Shown here piece after piece: positions 1 through 8,348 of a DNA stretch of 64,000 bases. Made by a program: the position numbers and the translations under genes. The first letter of the stretch is position 1; each line of letters starts with the position of its first letter. The DNA is taken from positions 147,454 through 211,453 of the forward strand of contig CAZQFB010000001.1 of the NCBI GenBank assembly GCA_964592525.1. The letters run 5' to 3'. A model generated the notes under the pieces. That model saw only the letters and a program-made list of their open reading frames with translations. It ran no database searches and was not told the DNA's origin. This DNA is from an uncultured Candidatus Saccharibacteria bacterium. GTDB taxonomy: Bacteria > Patescibacteriota > WWE3 > CAZQFB01.

Positions 1-714
1 TTATCTGATCAGACAGTTCAGACAGATTTATACGCTAGATATTATGGTGGTTATGGCGGAATTGGAATTTGGGTAAAAGATTACAGAAACTGGATTTTTG
101 TTAGAATCTATCCTGCAACCGGTCAACTATGGATTCATGAAGCATATGAGGGATTTGATAAGGGCGGTATACTCACATTTTACCCATTAAATGCTGCTTC
201 AAATACCTGGCATGAGATGAAAGTGGAAGCAAATAGCACAACAGGAGTGATAGATGTTTATGTTAATGGAGAATTCATCACGACCTACACAGCCACAACA
301 CCTAACCGTTCGGGATGGACAGGATATTTTAGTGGAAATTGTGGCGGATTCTATGACAACTTTTCGTTAACATGGCCAGATCCAGTACCCTCGCCCGCAG
401 AAAAAGAATTAGCTGTTAAGCTTGCTCCTACTACTTTACCCACCGCCAAAATCGGGCAACCTTACCGGGCAGAGCTCGTAGCCAAAGCTATCTCTCCCGA
501 TCTTGGCAAGCTCACTATGACGATTACAGGGTTGCCTAGAGGATTGAAAGTATATAAGTGTTCTAATACTTCAAAAGCAGTTTCATGCAACTTAGGCGGG
601 TCGGTCCTTGGGACAACACAGCTAGGAATTCATCAGGTTACGGTCAAGGTGAGCAACGATTCAGGCGCTTCAAGGTTCTTTACCACGCCTATTGAAGTGG
701 TAAAAGGTAAGTAA
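1..714 (+). CDS. C-terminal part of a secreted/cell-surface protein with putative Ig-like domain; 5' end upstream of window
   Basis: Frame 1 open from nt 1 to stop at 712-714 with no in-frame stop upstream in window; motif LPTAKIGQPYRAELVA resembles putative-Ig-domain consensus; beta-rich S/T/G composition. Confidence 0.55.
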   Translation, partial: LSDQTVQTDLYARYYGGYGGIGIWVKDYRNWIFVRIYPATGQLWIHEAYEGFDKGGILTFYPLNAASNTWHEMKVEANSTTGVIDVYVNGEFITTYTATTPNRSGWTGYFSGNCGGFYDNFSLTWPDPVPSPAEKELAVKLAPTTLPTAKIGQPYRAELVAKAISPDLGKLTMTITGLPRGLKVYKCSNTSKAVSCNLGGSVLGTTQLGIHQVTVKVSNDSGASRFFTTPIEVVKGK

Positions 715-751
715 TTAAAAATTGGTAAAAAAAGCAATAGGGTTCTATACC

Positions 752-1176
752 TTGCTGTAGTTAGTAGAAGCGGTTTTTGCAACGAGTTAAGCACAAAAGT
801 AAATTCCATTTTTTCTGTTTTTAGGTGGTGGAGTATTTTAAAAGTGTGCGCAACCACGATAAAGGGATTTAAAAACCGTTGCCTTAAGCAGGATAAACCT
901 CAAAGAGCCTCCTATAATTGACTAATAATCTAATATATTAATTTATTAATTGTTTATGTGCCATGTATATATGTATATATTTTTTAAAATCACGTGACCT
1001 TAATAATCACTATTTAATTTATTAGGAAAGGTGGTAGGTGGAGGGGTGGTTGGGCGCCATGAATCACGTTAGGTTTATGACTTCGCCCTTTAGAGTTAAG
1101 TCAGGAAACTTAAGTGCATCTTGCCAGTAAGAAAAAAGACCGCCCTTGTAAGGACGGTCCTTTGTTGCAGTCTTCC
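752..1176 (+). repeat. Copy A of ~400 bp direct repeat unit ending in palindromic hairpin; no long ORF
   Basis: Near-identical to 2782-3205 (ggtttttgcaacgagttaagcacaaaagtaaa...ggtggtggagtattttaaaag...ggtggtaggtggaggggtggttggg...cttgccagtaagaaaaaagaccgcccttg); AT-rich internal segment of differing length between copies. Confidence 0.8.
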
Positions 1177-1181
1177 TGATA

Positions 1182-1751
1182 TTACACTACGCAATTGTAT
1201 TCAGCTGTCAGACGCTCCCACTCCAACTCGGCTTCCTCATCCGTGAGATAGTCTTCGCGACTTGCCCGCCGGATGGGGGCCGGGAGCGGTTGATCGTCGA
1301 TCCGATAGAGGGCATACACAGGACCGTATACCCCCACCAGGTTAGATGTCCGCTCCTTGACGCACATGACAGCACCAAGCCGTCGGAGGAACTCTTTGGT
1401 GGTCTTCGACAGATCGCCATAAGCAGGGCCTGTGAAGCCCCACTTGCCCCACGGTGTCCATAGTACGCTCGGAGCACCGTAGTAGACCTCGAGGAAGAGC
1501 CCTTGCTTGGTCTGGTTGTAGAACGGATTAACGCTATCTCTCCTGCGGTCCTCAACCCAGGCGTCCTCCTCATTAGCTACAAGCTCGAAGAAAAGGTCGC
1601 CAATACGACGAACCACCGCATAGAGTTCGTCGTCGGTCATTTGGATGTCTAGGTGATCAGACACGCCCCACCTCCCATTGATTGTATAACGGATCGGTCT
1701 TCGCCTTCTCCAAAGTGCTAGTATAACTAGCACAGCGAAGTTACTAACCAC
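1182..1751 (-). CDS. hypothetical protein, compositionally GC-rich (foreign-looking), N-terminal hydrophobic segment
   Basis: 189 aa ORF (GTG start in ORF track); region roughly 57% GC versus ~42% flanks; sits between the two direct repeats next to the TA pair; sigma70-like promoter with AACCTATAGT spacer at 1892-1920 on minus strand. Confidence 0.5.
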   Translation of the reverse strand: MVSNFAVLVILALWRRRRPIRYTINGRWGVSDHLDIQMTDDELYAVVRRIGDLFFELVANEEDAWVEDRRRDSVNPFYNQTKQGLFLEVYYGAPSVLWTPWGKWGFTGPAYGDLSKTTKEFLRRLGAVMCVKERTSNLVGVYGPVYALYRIDDQPLPAPIRRASREDYLTDEEAELEWERLTAEYNCVV

Positions 1752-2008
1752 TTGAATGGAGTAAAAATAGCTAGTAACTTCGCCTGGAGAAAGCGATGTA
1801 ACAACTTAAATATCAAAGTTATCAAGGTGCAACAAGAGAACCTTGACGTAAGTAAGCTGTAATAGCGTACCGTTGCCAAAATTCATGAGCAAACATACTA
1901 TAATACTATAGGTTTGTCAAATAAGTTTATATAAAGCTAAGCTGGCTTTCATATCTTTCGCTATTGAGAGTGAAACTTTACGAGCAGGTAAAAGGGTTTT
2001 AAGAAAAA

Positions 2009-2040
2009 AGGACCGTCCTTGTAAGGACGGTCCTTTGTTG
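2009..2040. repeat. Perfect copy of recurring palindromic hairpin element (AGGACCGTCC-TTGTAA-GGACGGTCCT) flanked by A-run and T-rich tail
   Basis: 10 bp perfect stem, 6 nt loop; related degenerate copies at 1131-1166, 2757-2790 and half-copy 3187-3200; lies between divergent promoters so not acting as a simple terminator. Confidence 0.7.
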
Positions 2041-2147
2041 TAGTTAGTTAAAACGCACTGTCTTCGTCGTAAACCTTCTTCTCTTTTAATTGAGGTCAGT
2101 GACATGGGGTTGGTTCTTTTTACCCGGTTACATTTTCCGCTCAATCA

Positions 2148-2175
2148 TTGACTAAATATACCAGAGTAATATAAT
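2148..2175 (+). promoter_or_regulatory. sigma70-like promoter (TTGACT-16-TATAAT) for TA operon; ATG 9 nt downstream of -10 (leaderless-type)
   Basis: ttgact at 2148-2153, tataat at 2170-2175; short inverted repeat taatt-gcat-aatta over the start region could be an operator. Confidence 0.5.
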
Positions 2176-2184
2176 TGCATAATT

Positions 2185-2481
2185 ATGAGGACAACACTTC
2201 AAGTACCATTAACCAAATCCTTAAAAACCTCTTCCGAGAAGGTGGCTATTAAATATGGTTTTTCTTCGCTTCAGGAGGCTGTTCGGTTGTTTTTAACCCA
2301 GCTTTCTAAAGAACAAATTACCATTGGCTTTAATCCTGTGCAGACTGATATTTATTTAACTAAAGAACAGGAAAACACTCTTAATAAGAGATACGCGGAA
2401 GCGAAAAAGGAAACTAAAAATAGCAAAGCGCCCCCCGTAACTAGTGCTAAAGAAATGATGCATCAGCTGCGCATGGGATGA
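2185..2481 (+). CDS. type II antitoxin, RelB/DinJ family
   Basis: 98 aa; segment LQEAVRLFLTQLSKEQITIGF matches DinJ core (ISDLVRITLTKVAREKALPF); overlaps toxin gene by 4 nt (ATGA). Confidence 0.6.
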   Translation: MRTTLQVPLTKSLKTSSEKVAIKYGFSSLQEAVRLFLTQLSKEQITIGFNPVQTDIYLTKEQENTLNKRYAEAKKETKNSKAPPVTSAKEMMHQLRMG

Positions 2482-2747
2482 AGTTAATTATCTCCAGAAG
2501 ATTTAAGAAGAGTTACACCACCAGGATAAAGCCCTATCCAAAACTAGATAAAATATTTGCAGAGAGAATCACCCTATTCTTAACTAATCCACAAGACCCT
2601 CGTTTAAGAGATCATAAACTAATCGGTAAAAAACAATCATTCAGAGCCTTCTCAATCACAGGGGACGTTAGAGTAATTTATTCCCAAGAATCCAAAGACA
2701 CCATACTTCTGCTTGATATAGGCACACATAACCAGGTTTATGCGTAA
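2478..2747 (+). CDS. type II toxin, RelE/YafQ/ParE superfamily mRNA interferase
   Basis: 89 aa; PRLRDHKLIGKKQSFRAFSITGDVRVIYSQESKDTILLLDIGTHNQVY matches RelE/YafQ plasmid-stabilisation motif (LxGxxxxxRExRIxxDxRIIY...IGxHxxxY). Confidence 0.7.
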   Translation: MKLIISRRFKKSYTTRIKPYPKLDKIFAERITLFLTNPQDPRLRDHKLIGKKQSFRAFSITGDVRVIYSQESKDTILLLDIGTHNQVYA

Positions 2748-2781
2748 GCTAAAAAAAGACCGCCCTTGTAAGGACCGACCT

Positions 2782-3205
2782 TTGCTTTAGTTAGTTAAAA
2801 AGGTTTTTGCAACGAGTTAAGCACAAAAGTAAAACCCATTTTTCTGTTTAAGGTGGTGGAGTATTTTAAAAGCGTGCGTAACCACGATAAAGGAATTTAA
2901 AAACCGTTGCCCTAATAAGTAAAAAACTAAAGGGCCTCATATAATTAACGAACAAACTAATATATTAATATATTATTATATTAATTTAATAATATATTTA
3001 ATCATTGATTAATATATTTTTTATCTTCAACTATTTTTTAAAAACACTTGATCTAATAATAACTATTTAATTTATCTAGAAATGGTGGTAGGTGGGGGGG
3101 GGTGGTTGGGAGCCATGAAACACATTGGGTTTATGATTTCACCCTTTAGAGTGAAGGCAGGCACTTACGTGTATCTTGCCAGTAAGAAAAAGGACCGTCC
3201 TTGGT
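2782..3205 (+). repeat. Copy B of ~400 bp direct repeat unit (terminal hairpin truncated)
   Basis: Aligns with 752-1148; preceded by degenerate hairpin copy 2757-2790 and tagttagttaaaa spacer also seen after hairpin at 2041. Confidence 0.8.
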
Positions 3206-3447
3206 TGCATAAGGTATTGCATAGGTAAAGCACTTTATTGGTCTTTTGTTCAACCAGTCTTCAATCTCCAGGCAGACCGCTAGTAATGTTACTAATTAGT
3301 TTAATCTCGTTTGAATAAGCATTAACAGTAATACTATTCCGTAATTGGGTGTTTTGATGAAGATTTTATAAGAAAAATTACTTGGGGAAAATCTTTACTC
3401 AATGCTTAACAAGTTAAACACATCGATTGCATAAGAGCTTTGTGGGC

Positions 3448-3476
3448 TTGACAACCCACATACTATGGGTTATAAT
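3448..3476 (+). promoter_or_regulatory. Perfect consensus sigma70 promoter TTGACA-17-TATAAT
   Basis: ttgaca 3448-3453, 17 nt spacer, tataat 3471-3476; overlaps the ATG at 3465 listed in ORF track, so true CDS start is downstream. Confidence 0.7.
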
Positions 3477-3527
3477 CATCTCGTGCTAACGATTCTCACT
3501 AGCGTTGGCAATCCACGGGAGGGGAAG

Positions 3528-3836
3528 ATGTACCCTATACTGCCGATTGGTCCTTCTGTTGCTGAACTGCATGAGCTTGTGGGTTTGGTGGGAGCGCTTG
3601 TTTTGGGCTTAATTGGTCTTTTGAATGTCTCTTATGATTTGAATGAGTACCATCTTAGCCCCTACCGCGACCATTGGCGGAAGGTGCTGCAGCGGGATTA
3701 CATGATATTGGGTTTGGCAGTTTGTAGCTTGGTGGCAGGGTTGTACTTTTGGGCTCCGGTGCTTTTGGTGGTTGTTATCAGAATCGTCTTCGTCAGGCTG
3801 GTTGAGGGGTTGATGATCGTTCTGGGCAAGGACTAG
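3528..3836 (+). CDS. small integral membrane protein (hypothetical), 102 aa
   Basis: Start moved to ATG at 3528 preceded by GGGAGGGGAAG RBS, because ATG at 3465 lies inside the promoter; three hydrophobic helices. Confidence 0.5.
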   Translation: MYPILPIGPSVAELHELVGLVGALVLGLIGLLNVSYDLNEYHLSPYRDHWRKVLQRDYMILGLAVCSLVAGLYFWAPVLLVVVIRIVFVRLVEGLMIVLGKD

Positions 3837-3843
3837 ATGTGGT

Positions 3844-3884
3844 CTGCCGTAAGGTGAACTTCACCTTACGGCAGTTGTTTTTTT
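3844..3884 (+). terminator. Rho-independent terminator
   Basis: 15 bp stem ctgccgtaaggtgaa/ttcaccttacggcag with 2 nt loop followed by TTGTTTTTTT. Confidence 0.85.
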
Positions 3885-3957
3885 AAAATTTGTTTTTGGC
3901 AAGCGCCACCCTTTCGTTTTGTATTCTTATTGCTCCACTTTCGCTAGAATAAGGTTG

Positions 3958-4182
3958 ATGAAGGTTACTATTCGGGTTCACCCCAACGCAAAAGAGGTAA
4001 AAGTAGAAAAAGATTTGTTGGGTAGGTTACATGTTTATGTAATAGAACCCGCTTACGAAAACCGCGCTAATCATGCTGTGTTAAAGGCGCTAGCCAAATA
4101 TTACGGTTCGGCTAAAAGTCAGGTTACTATTATCTCCGGAGGTAATTCCCGAAACAAGATCATTGAGATAAAGACAAGTTAG
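3958..4182 (+). CDS. yggU: DUF167/YggU family protein
   Basis: MKVTIRVHPNAKEVKV...LHVYVIEPAYENRANHAVLKALAKYY...VTIISGGNSRNKIIEI matches the YggU/UPF0235 pattern; start taken at internal ATG 3958 (track ORF starts 3919). Confidence 0.6.
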   Translation: MKVTIRVHPNAKEVKVEKDLLGRLHVYVIEPAYENRANHAVLKALAKYYGSAKSQVTIISGGNSRNKIIEIKTS

Positions 4183-4331
4183 ATATCATTTAGTGAGGAG
4201 AAAAAAGCTTATCTTAAGCTTCAATCTTGGAAAACAGATAACCGCCAATGAGCCTTTTTGAGGTGAAGTGCTATTTGGTGAGGGGTATATTTATATTGGG
4301 GTGTTTTTAATCCCCACATCCAAATCAATAA

Positions 4332-4355
4332 GGGCGATTGGCAAGCCAATCGCCC
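4332..4355 (-). terminator. probable Rho-independent terminator for minus-strand rmuC operon
   Basis: perfect 10 bp stem gggcgattgg/ccaatcgccc, 4 nt loop, about 14 nt after stop of ORF 4370..4669, followed on minus strand by TTATTGATTT. Confidence 0.5.
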
Positions 4356-4369
4356 TCACTGGGCTGGTC

Positions 4370-4669
4370 TCATCTCCTCCACAACCAATACCATTTACGA
4401 CCTTGTCTTTGTTCAGCGCGCAGCCTTTTGGCTTCTGCCTTTGCCTCTTTTTTCTGTTCAGCCTGTTCTCTTTCAAGCCTTCTTTTCTTCTCCATCTCGA
4501 AACTTTTATTGCGCGCATGCTCTTCTCTTTCGTAAGGTGTGGCTGCCCGCAGGTGGCTCTCATCCTGGTCGCAAATCAGGTAGATATTAAATATATCTTC
4601 TACATATCTGACTTTGCCATCACAGCGCGGGCACTTCTGACCTACTCGATAGCCAAAATCGTAGTACAT
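4370..4669 (-). CDS. small zinc-ribbon protein (CPRC...C...C) with K/E-rich coiled-coil tail
   Basis: 99 aa; CxxC motif, charged repeat tail; terminator hairpin directly downstream; preferred over overlapping low-complexity plus-strand ORF 4268..4756. Confidence 0.45.
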   Translation of the reverse strand: MYYDFGYRVGQKCPRCDGKVRYVEDIFNIYLICDQDESHLRAATPYEREEHARNKSFEMEKKRRLEREQAEQKKEAKAEAKRLRAEQRQGRKWYWLWRR

Positions 4670-4777
4670 GCGCTTGGTCTCCTTGGGCGTTTGGATGGTG
4701 GCAATTATACTACTATTTTACTTAAACCGCAGCACACTATAAGACTTAACTATTAGGGTAATTGGCGAAATTAAATT

Positions 4778-5932
4778 TTAGTCTAGAGGTAACTTAGGAG
4801 GTTCTTCTGCGAGCATAGGTAAAGACTCTGGCTCCTCTAGTTTGATTTTATCAAAGGTTCTAGTTAAGACCTTGGTTCTGGTAGTATCCACCTTTTCATA
4901 TTGTTCCGTTAATGCTTTTATGCGTCCGCCGATTTTAATAAATTCTTCGCTGTATTTCTCAAATTCTTTCTCAAATTCTCTGATTAAAGCAACAATCTTA
5001 TGCACATTATTCTGAATTCTAAAGTTGGCGTATGATTGTCTGATTAATCGCAATGTAGCCGAGAAACTAAAGGGACCTACGAAAACCACTTTCTTATTCA
5101 TCGCCTCGGTCCAGACGGCGTTCATTTTTTCGTAGATAAAAGAGAAAATCATCTCGTTAGGGATAAACAAGACCACAAAATCAACGGTATTTTCTTCTGG
5201 GCAAATGTAGTTTCTTGTGGTTACCTGCTTAACCTTTTCTTTAATGTCCTGCTCAAAATTTTTCAGGTACGTTTTTTTCATAGCTACGTCTTCGGTTTCA
5301 ATGTATTTTTGCAGATTGGCATAAGGGAACTTGGCATCTACGTTGATCTTGACGCCATCGGGGAGTAAGACCGTAAAATCTGGTCGGTTAAGTGAACCGT
5401 CCTGGGCTTGGTTGTAATAATAATCAACTCCTTTCACAAACCCAGCCATTTTCAAAAGATCCTCCGCCACCTGCTCACCAAATTGACCGCGGAGTTGGTT
5501 GTTGGACAGTACCTTTTTCAGGTTATCGGTGGTGACGGTTAGCTGTTCGGAAAGGCGACGTTGGTTTTCTAGCTCGGTTTTAAGTTCGCTAAAAGAACCG
5601 ATGCGTGCTTTTTCTGCTCCCTCTAAGCGTTCTGCATTTTTTTTGAGGTCGTCTTTAATATTTTTGATCAACTCTTCAATAGCGGTTTTATTACTATTAA
5701 CATTGGTATCAATCACTTGCTTTTTGGCATCAAATTTTTGATCGGCCATCGTGATCAGCTGATCAGTGGCATTCTTTAAAGCTTGGGGAAAAATCTCATT
5801 TATCTTTTGCTCAAAGATATGCTGAACACTGTCTCCAACCGAGCCAAACAACCTATTCTTGAAGATAAAAATAAGTAGACTGGCGAGCACTGACCCAGCT
5901 AGTAGACCGAGCATAAAATAAATATTGTTCAT
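4778..5932 (-). CDS. rmuC: DNA recombination protein RmuC
   Basis: N-terminal TM helix, long coiled coil, C-terminal RmuC nuclease-like domain (PDFTVLLPDGVKINVDAKFPY...); start set to ATG at 5932 (M48 of track ORF, which begins with TTG at 6073). Confidence 0.75.
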   Translation of the reverse strand: MNNIYFMLGLLAGSVLASLLIFIFKNRLFGSVGDSVQHIFEQKINEIFPQALKNATDQLITMADQKFDAKKQVIDTNVNSNKTAIEELIKNIKDDLKKNAERLEGAEKARIGSFSELKTELENQRRLSEQLTVTTDNLKKVLSNNQLRGQFGEQVAEDLLKMAGFVKGVDYYYNQAQDGSLNRPDFTVLLPDGVKINVDAKFPYANLQKYIETEDVAMKKTYLKNFEQDIKEKVKQVTTRNYICPEENTVDFVVLFIPNEMIFSFIYEKMNAVWTEAMNKKVVFVGPFSFSATLRLIRQSYANFRIQNNVHKIVALIREFEKEFEKYSEEFIKIGGRIKALTEQYEKVDTTRTKVLTRTFDKIKLEEPESLPMLAEEPPKLPLD

Positions 5933-6185
5933 CTTGGTAGGTATTGTACCTCTTGGCGTTGCCGGTTGATACCCTGAAAAGAATGACTTGCTGGCTTTAG
6001 AAACCCCAGTGTGGTTGCTTAGCAGCAAGTAAACATTGTGTCTTAATGGGGAAGCATTAATTAATTTAGGCAAAAGGCACTAAGAATTTTTAAGCGCCAA
6101 AATTATACGCTTGGTTAACTCACTTGGTGTAAATGTGCCGTAGCATTACGTTTCTTATTAGTTGTAGGATAGTTTTAAGTGAGAG

Positions 6186-6668
6186 TTACTTAGACCCTTT
6201 GGGTAAGCTTTCGCAGGCTTCACCGTCTTTATCACCATCTAGTCGGTTGACATCATTACCTACCCCGCCGACTTTATCAAAGAAAGCTTGCGCTGCAGGT
6301 TGGCTGTCAAAATCATCACAGTTGTAATCGTCGGCTTTTTTGCCTTGCGTGGTATCGGTGGTGATGTTGCCAAAAGTATCATAGAGCACATTGCCTTCTT
6401 CATCCCGTTGTACCTTTGAGGCTTCAAAGGATTTGGTTTCCCAGAGCTTGTTCAAATCCCAATCTTGCTGGGTAACTTCCAAACCCAAAGCTGCAAGCAA
6501 GGCAATAAAAGCAATGGCTAAGCCCAAACGTGCCTTTTCCCAGACAAAGAATAACACTACCACAATAACTAGGAGTACCACGATCACAGCGAGTCGGACT
6601 TTGTGACTACCGCGCGCCTGCTTGAATTTGGATATAGTTTGTTTTGTTTCTTTAATTTCTTCAGCCAT
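6186..6668 (-). CDS. membrane-anchored protein with C-terminal Excalibur calcium-binding domain
   Basis: C-term DYNCDDFDSQPAAQAFFDKVGGVGNDVNRLDGDKDGEACESL matches Excalibur (DxDxDGxxCE) signature; one TM helix; start taken at ATG 6668 (M22), which has TATAAT 7 nt upstream. Confidence 0.6.
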   Translation of the reverse strand: MAEEIKETKQTISKFKQARGSHKVRLAVIVVLLVIVVVLFFVWEKARLGLAIAFIALLAALGLEVTQQDWDLNKLWETKSFEASKVQRDEEGNVLYDTFGNITTDTTQGKKADDYNCDDFDSQPAAQAFFDKVGGVGNDVNRLDGDKDGEACESLPKGSK

Positions 6669-6776
6669 AGGTTGATTATAATTCAGAGGGTAAATTAGAC
6701 CAACAACTAATTTAGGAAAAATAACAAACATTTAATTTTGTAGTGTGACCAGTGTAGTTCTGTTTCCATCTGGTTA

Positions 6777-7637
6777 TTGTTAGAATTAGTGGAAATGTTA
6801 TTAGCCATATTTTGTGTTTTTACCGCCTTTTTTATTTGGAGTTCACAGGGGTTGTTTATCAACCTTCTTGCCGTGGGTTCTGTGGGGTTGGCTTGGGCAA
6901 ACAGCGCATTAGCCCTTGGGGTGGCCATAATAATTCTTAAAAATAATGGAACCTTAAGAAAGACCTTTAAGAATTCTCGGAAATTTGTATGGGCGGTGGT
7001 ATTGTTTCAGGGATTGCATAATGTGCTGTGGTATGTAGCTTTAAAAATTACCCCCATTGGTCCCGCCAATTTTATTCATAGTATGTCGCCGCTACTCATA
7101 ATACTTTTAGCAGGTGTCCTAATAAAAGAGAAATACTCAATTTACTCCTACTTTTCGGTTCTTATTGGCGCAGTAGGTCTGCTATTTATCATTGGTAGTG
7201 ATTTAAATATGAACAAGGAATTTAACGTTGTTGGCATGGCTATCACGCTATTAACCGTGGCTCTGGTTGCTGTTTTTTCACTGGCTATTAAAAAACTAAG
7301 CGCAGAGCTTAGCTATACGCAACTAATTCTGCTTATGAGTTTAGGGCAATTCATCTTTAGTAGCCCTTGGGTATTAGCTAACCTGTCGGCGATGGCTACT
7401 AATATTCTTCCCATTACTATATTTGCTTTAATCTATGCACTACCTCCATATTATTTGATACTAAAAGGATATCGAAAATTGAAAACCGCCCATGTTTCTC
7501 TTATTGGTTATTCTGAACCTGTGTTTGCCAGCATCTGGGGGGCGCTCTTTTTGTCCCAAGCGATCACCCCACTGTTAATACTTGGTGGGTTGTTGATCTT
7601 GCTCTCTAATTACCTGGCGTTTAAGCTAGACCATTGA
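6777..7637 (+). CDS. EamA-family (DMT superfamily) transporter
   Basis: 286 aa, ~10 predicted TM helices, duplicated EamA-like halves. Confidence 0.7.
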   Translation: MLELVEMLLAIFCVFTAFFIWSSQGLFINLLAVGSVGLAWANSALALGVAIIILKNNGTLRKTFKNSRKFVWAVVLFQGLHNVLWYVALKITPIGPANFIHSMSPLLIILLAGVLIKEKYSIYSYFSVLIGAVGLLFIIGSDLNMNKEFNVVGMAITLLTVALVAVFSLAIKKLSAELSYTQLILLMSLGQFIFSSPWVLANLSAMATNILPITIFALIYALPPYYLILKGYRKLKTAHVSLIGYSEPVFASIWGALFLSQAITPLLILGGLLILLSNYLAFKLDH

Positions 7638-7790
7638 AGCACTTGTTTTAAAAAGTGACGGTACCTCGAACTAAGAGATGGGTTTGTTGACTTGGGAAAG
7701 CTTTTTCCTGCTTGTGAATACTCACCGGGTTATTTAAAAGTAATTTACAATTATGATGGTTGTTTCTGTTACCGAATCTAGCTAGTATTA

Positions 7791-8255
7791 GTGGCGATGA
7801 GGAAAAAAATACTCTTGCTGGGTTTATTGTTGGTAGTGGGGTTGGGATATTACTTGTTTGTTCGCGAGAGAAAAGCTCCTGATGTGGTATTGCCAGAAGC
7901 ACAGGTTGAGGTAGTTATCTCACCGGAAGAGGAAACTAACGTGGCGGTGGTGGGTGAGTCGGAAGTGCTTGCGGACAACTTGGTGTTGGTGGAAGTTAAA
8001 GCCACTAACTTTGCTTATGATGTTACTACCATTAATGCTACCTTGGGGGATACTGTTAAACTGACTTTAATTAATGAGGAAGGGGTTCATGATTTGGTGT
8101 TGCCTGAATTTGGGGTTGCAGTGGAACCTTTGGAAGAGGGTGAGCAAGCGAGCGTGGAGTGGGTGGCTGCTAAACCAGGTGAGTTTGAATATTATTGTAG
8201 TGTGGGCAACCACCGCGAGCTGGGAATGGTGGGGACTTTAGTGGTAAGCGAGTAG
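7791..8255 (+). CDS. cupredoxin-domain (blue copper) protein, membrane-anchored
   Basis: N-terminal TM/signal; C-term EYYCSVGNHRELGMVGTLVV with H..C..H..M copper ligand spacing typical of plastocyanin-like domains. Confidence 0.55.
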   Translation: MAMRKKILLLGLLLVVGLGYYLFVRERKAPDVVLPEAQVEVVISPEEETNVAVVGESEVLADNLVLVEVKATNFAYDVTTINATLGDTVKLTLINEEGVHDLVLPEFGVAVEPLEEGEQASVEWVAAKPGEFEYYCSVGNHRELGMVGTLVVSE

Positions 8256-8284
8256 GGCGGGGACTAGTTAAACGAGCAGATAAC

Positions 8285-8334
8285 AAAAAACCCGCTGCTG
8301 ATGGTTATTAAGTTCAAGCCAGACGGGTTTTTTG
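8285..8334. terminator. possible bidirectional terminator between convergent genes
   Basis: AAAAAACCCGCTG...CAGACGGGTTTTTT: imperfect stem with long loop, flanked by A6 and T6. Confidence 0.4.
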
Positions 8335-8348
8335 CCGGTCTTCTGGAT

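Noticed and set aside
752-1176. tmRNA, RNase P RNA or SRP RNA as the identity of the 400-bp unit
   Set aside because: No tRNA-like acceptor/T-arm ends, no conserved SRP or RNase P motifs recognisable by eye; left as an unexplained repeat
752-3205. Integron cassette array (hairpins as attC) or IS element
   Set aside because: Hairpins are only about 26 bp with no R/L core sites; no integrase or transposase ORF; 400-bp units are direct, not inverted, repeats with no terminal IRs
4268-4756. 162-aa plus-strand ORF
   Set aside because: Low-complexity hydrophobic translation antisense to a better candidate (zinc-ribbon protein with downstream terminator); likely an artefact of AAG/CTT-rich sequence
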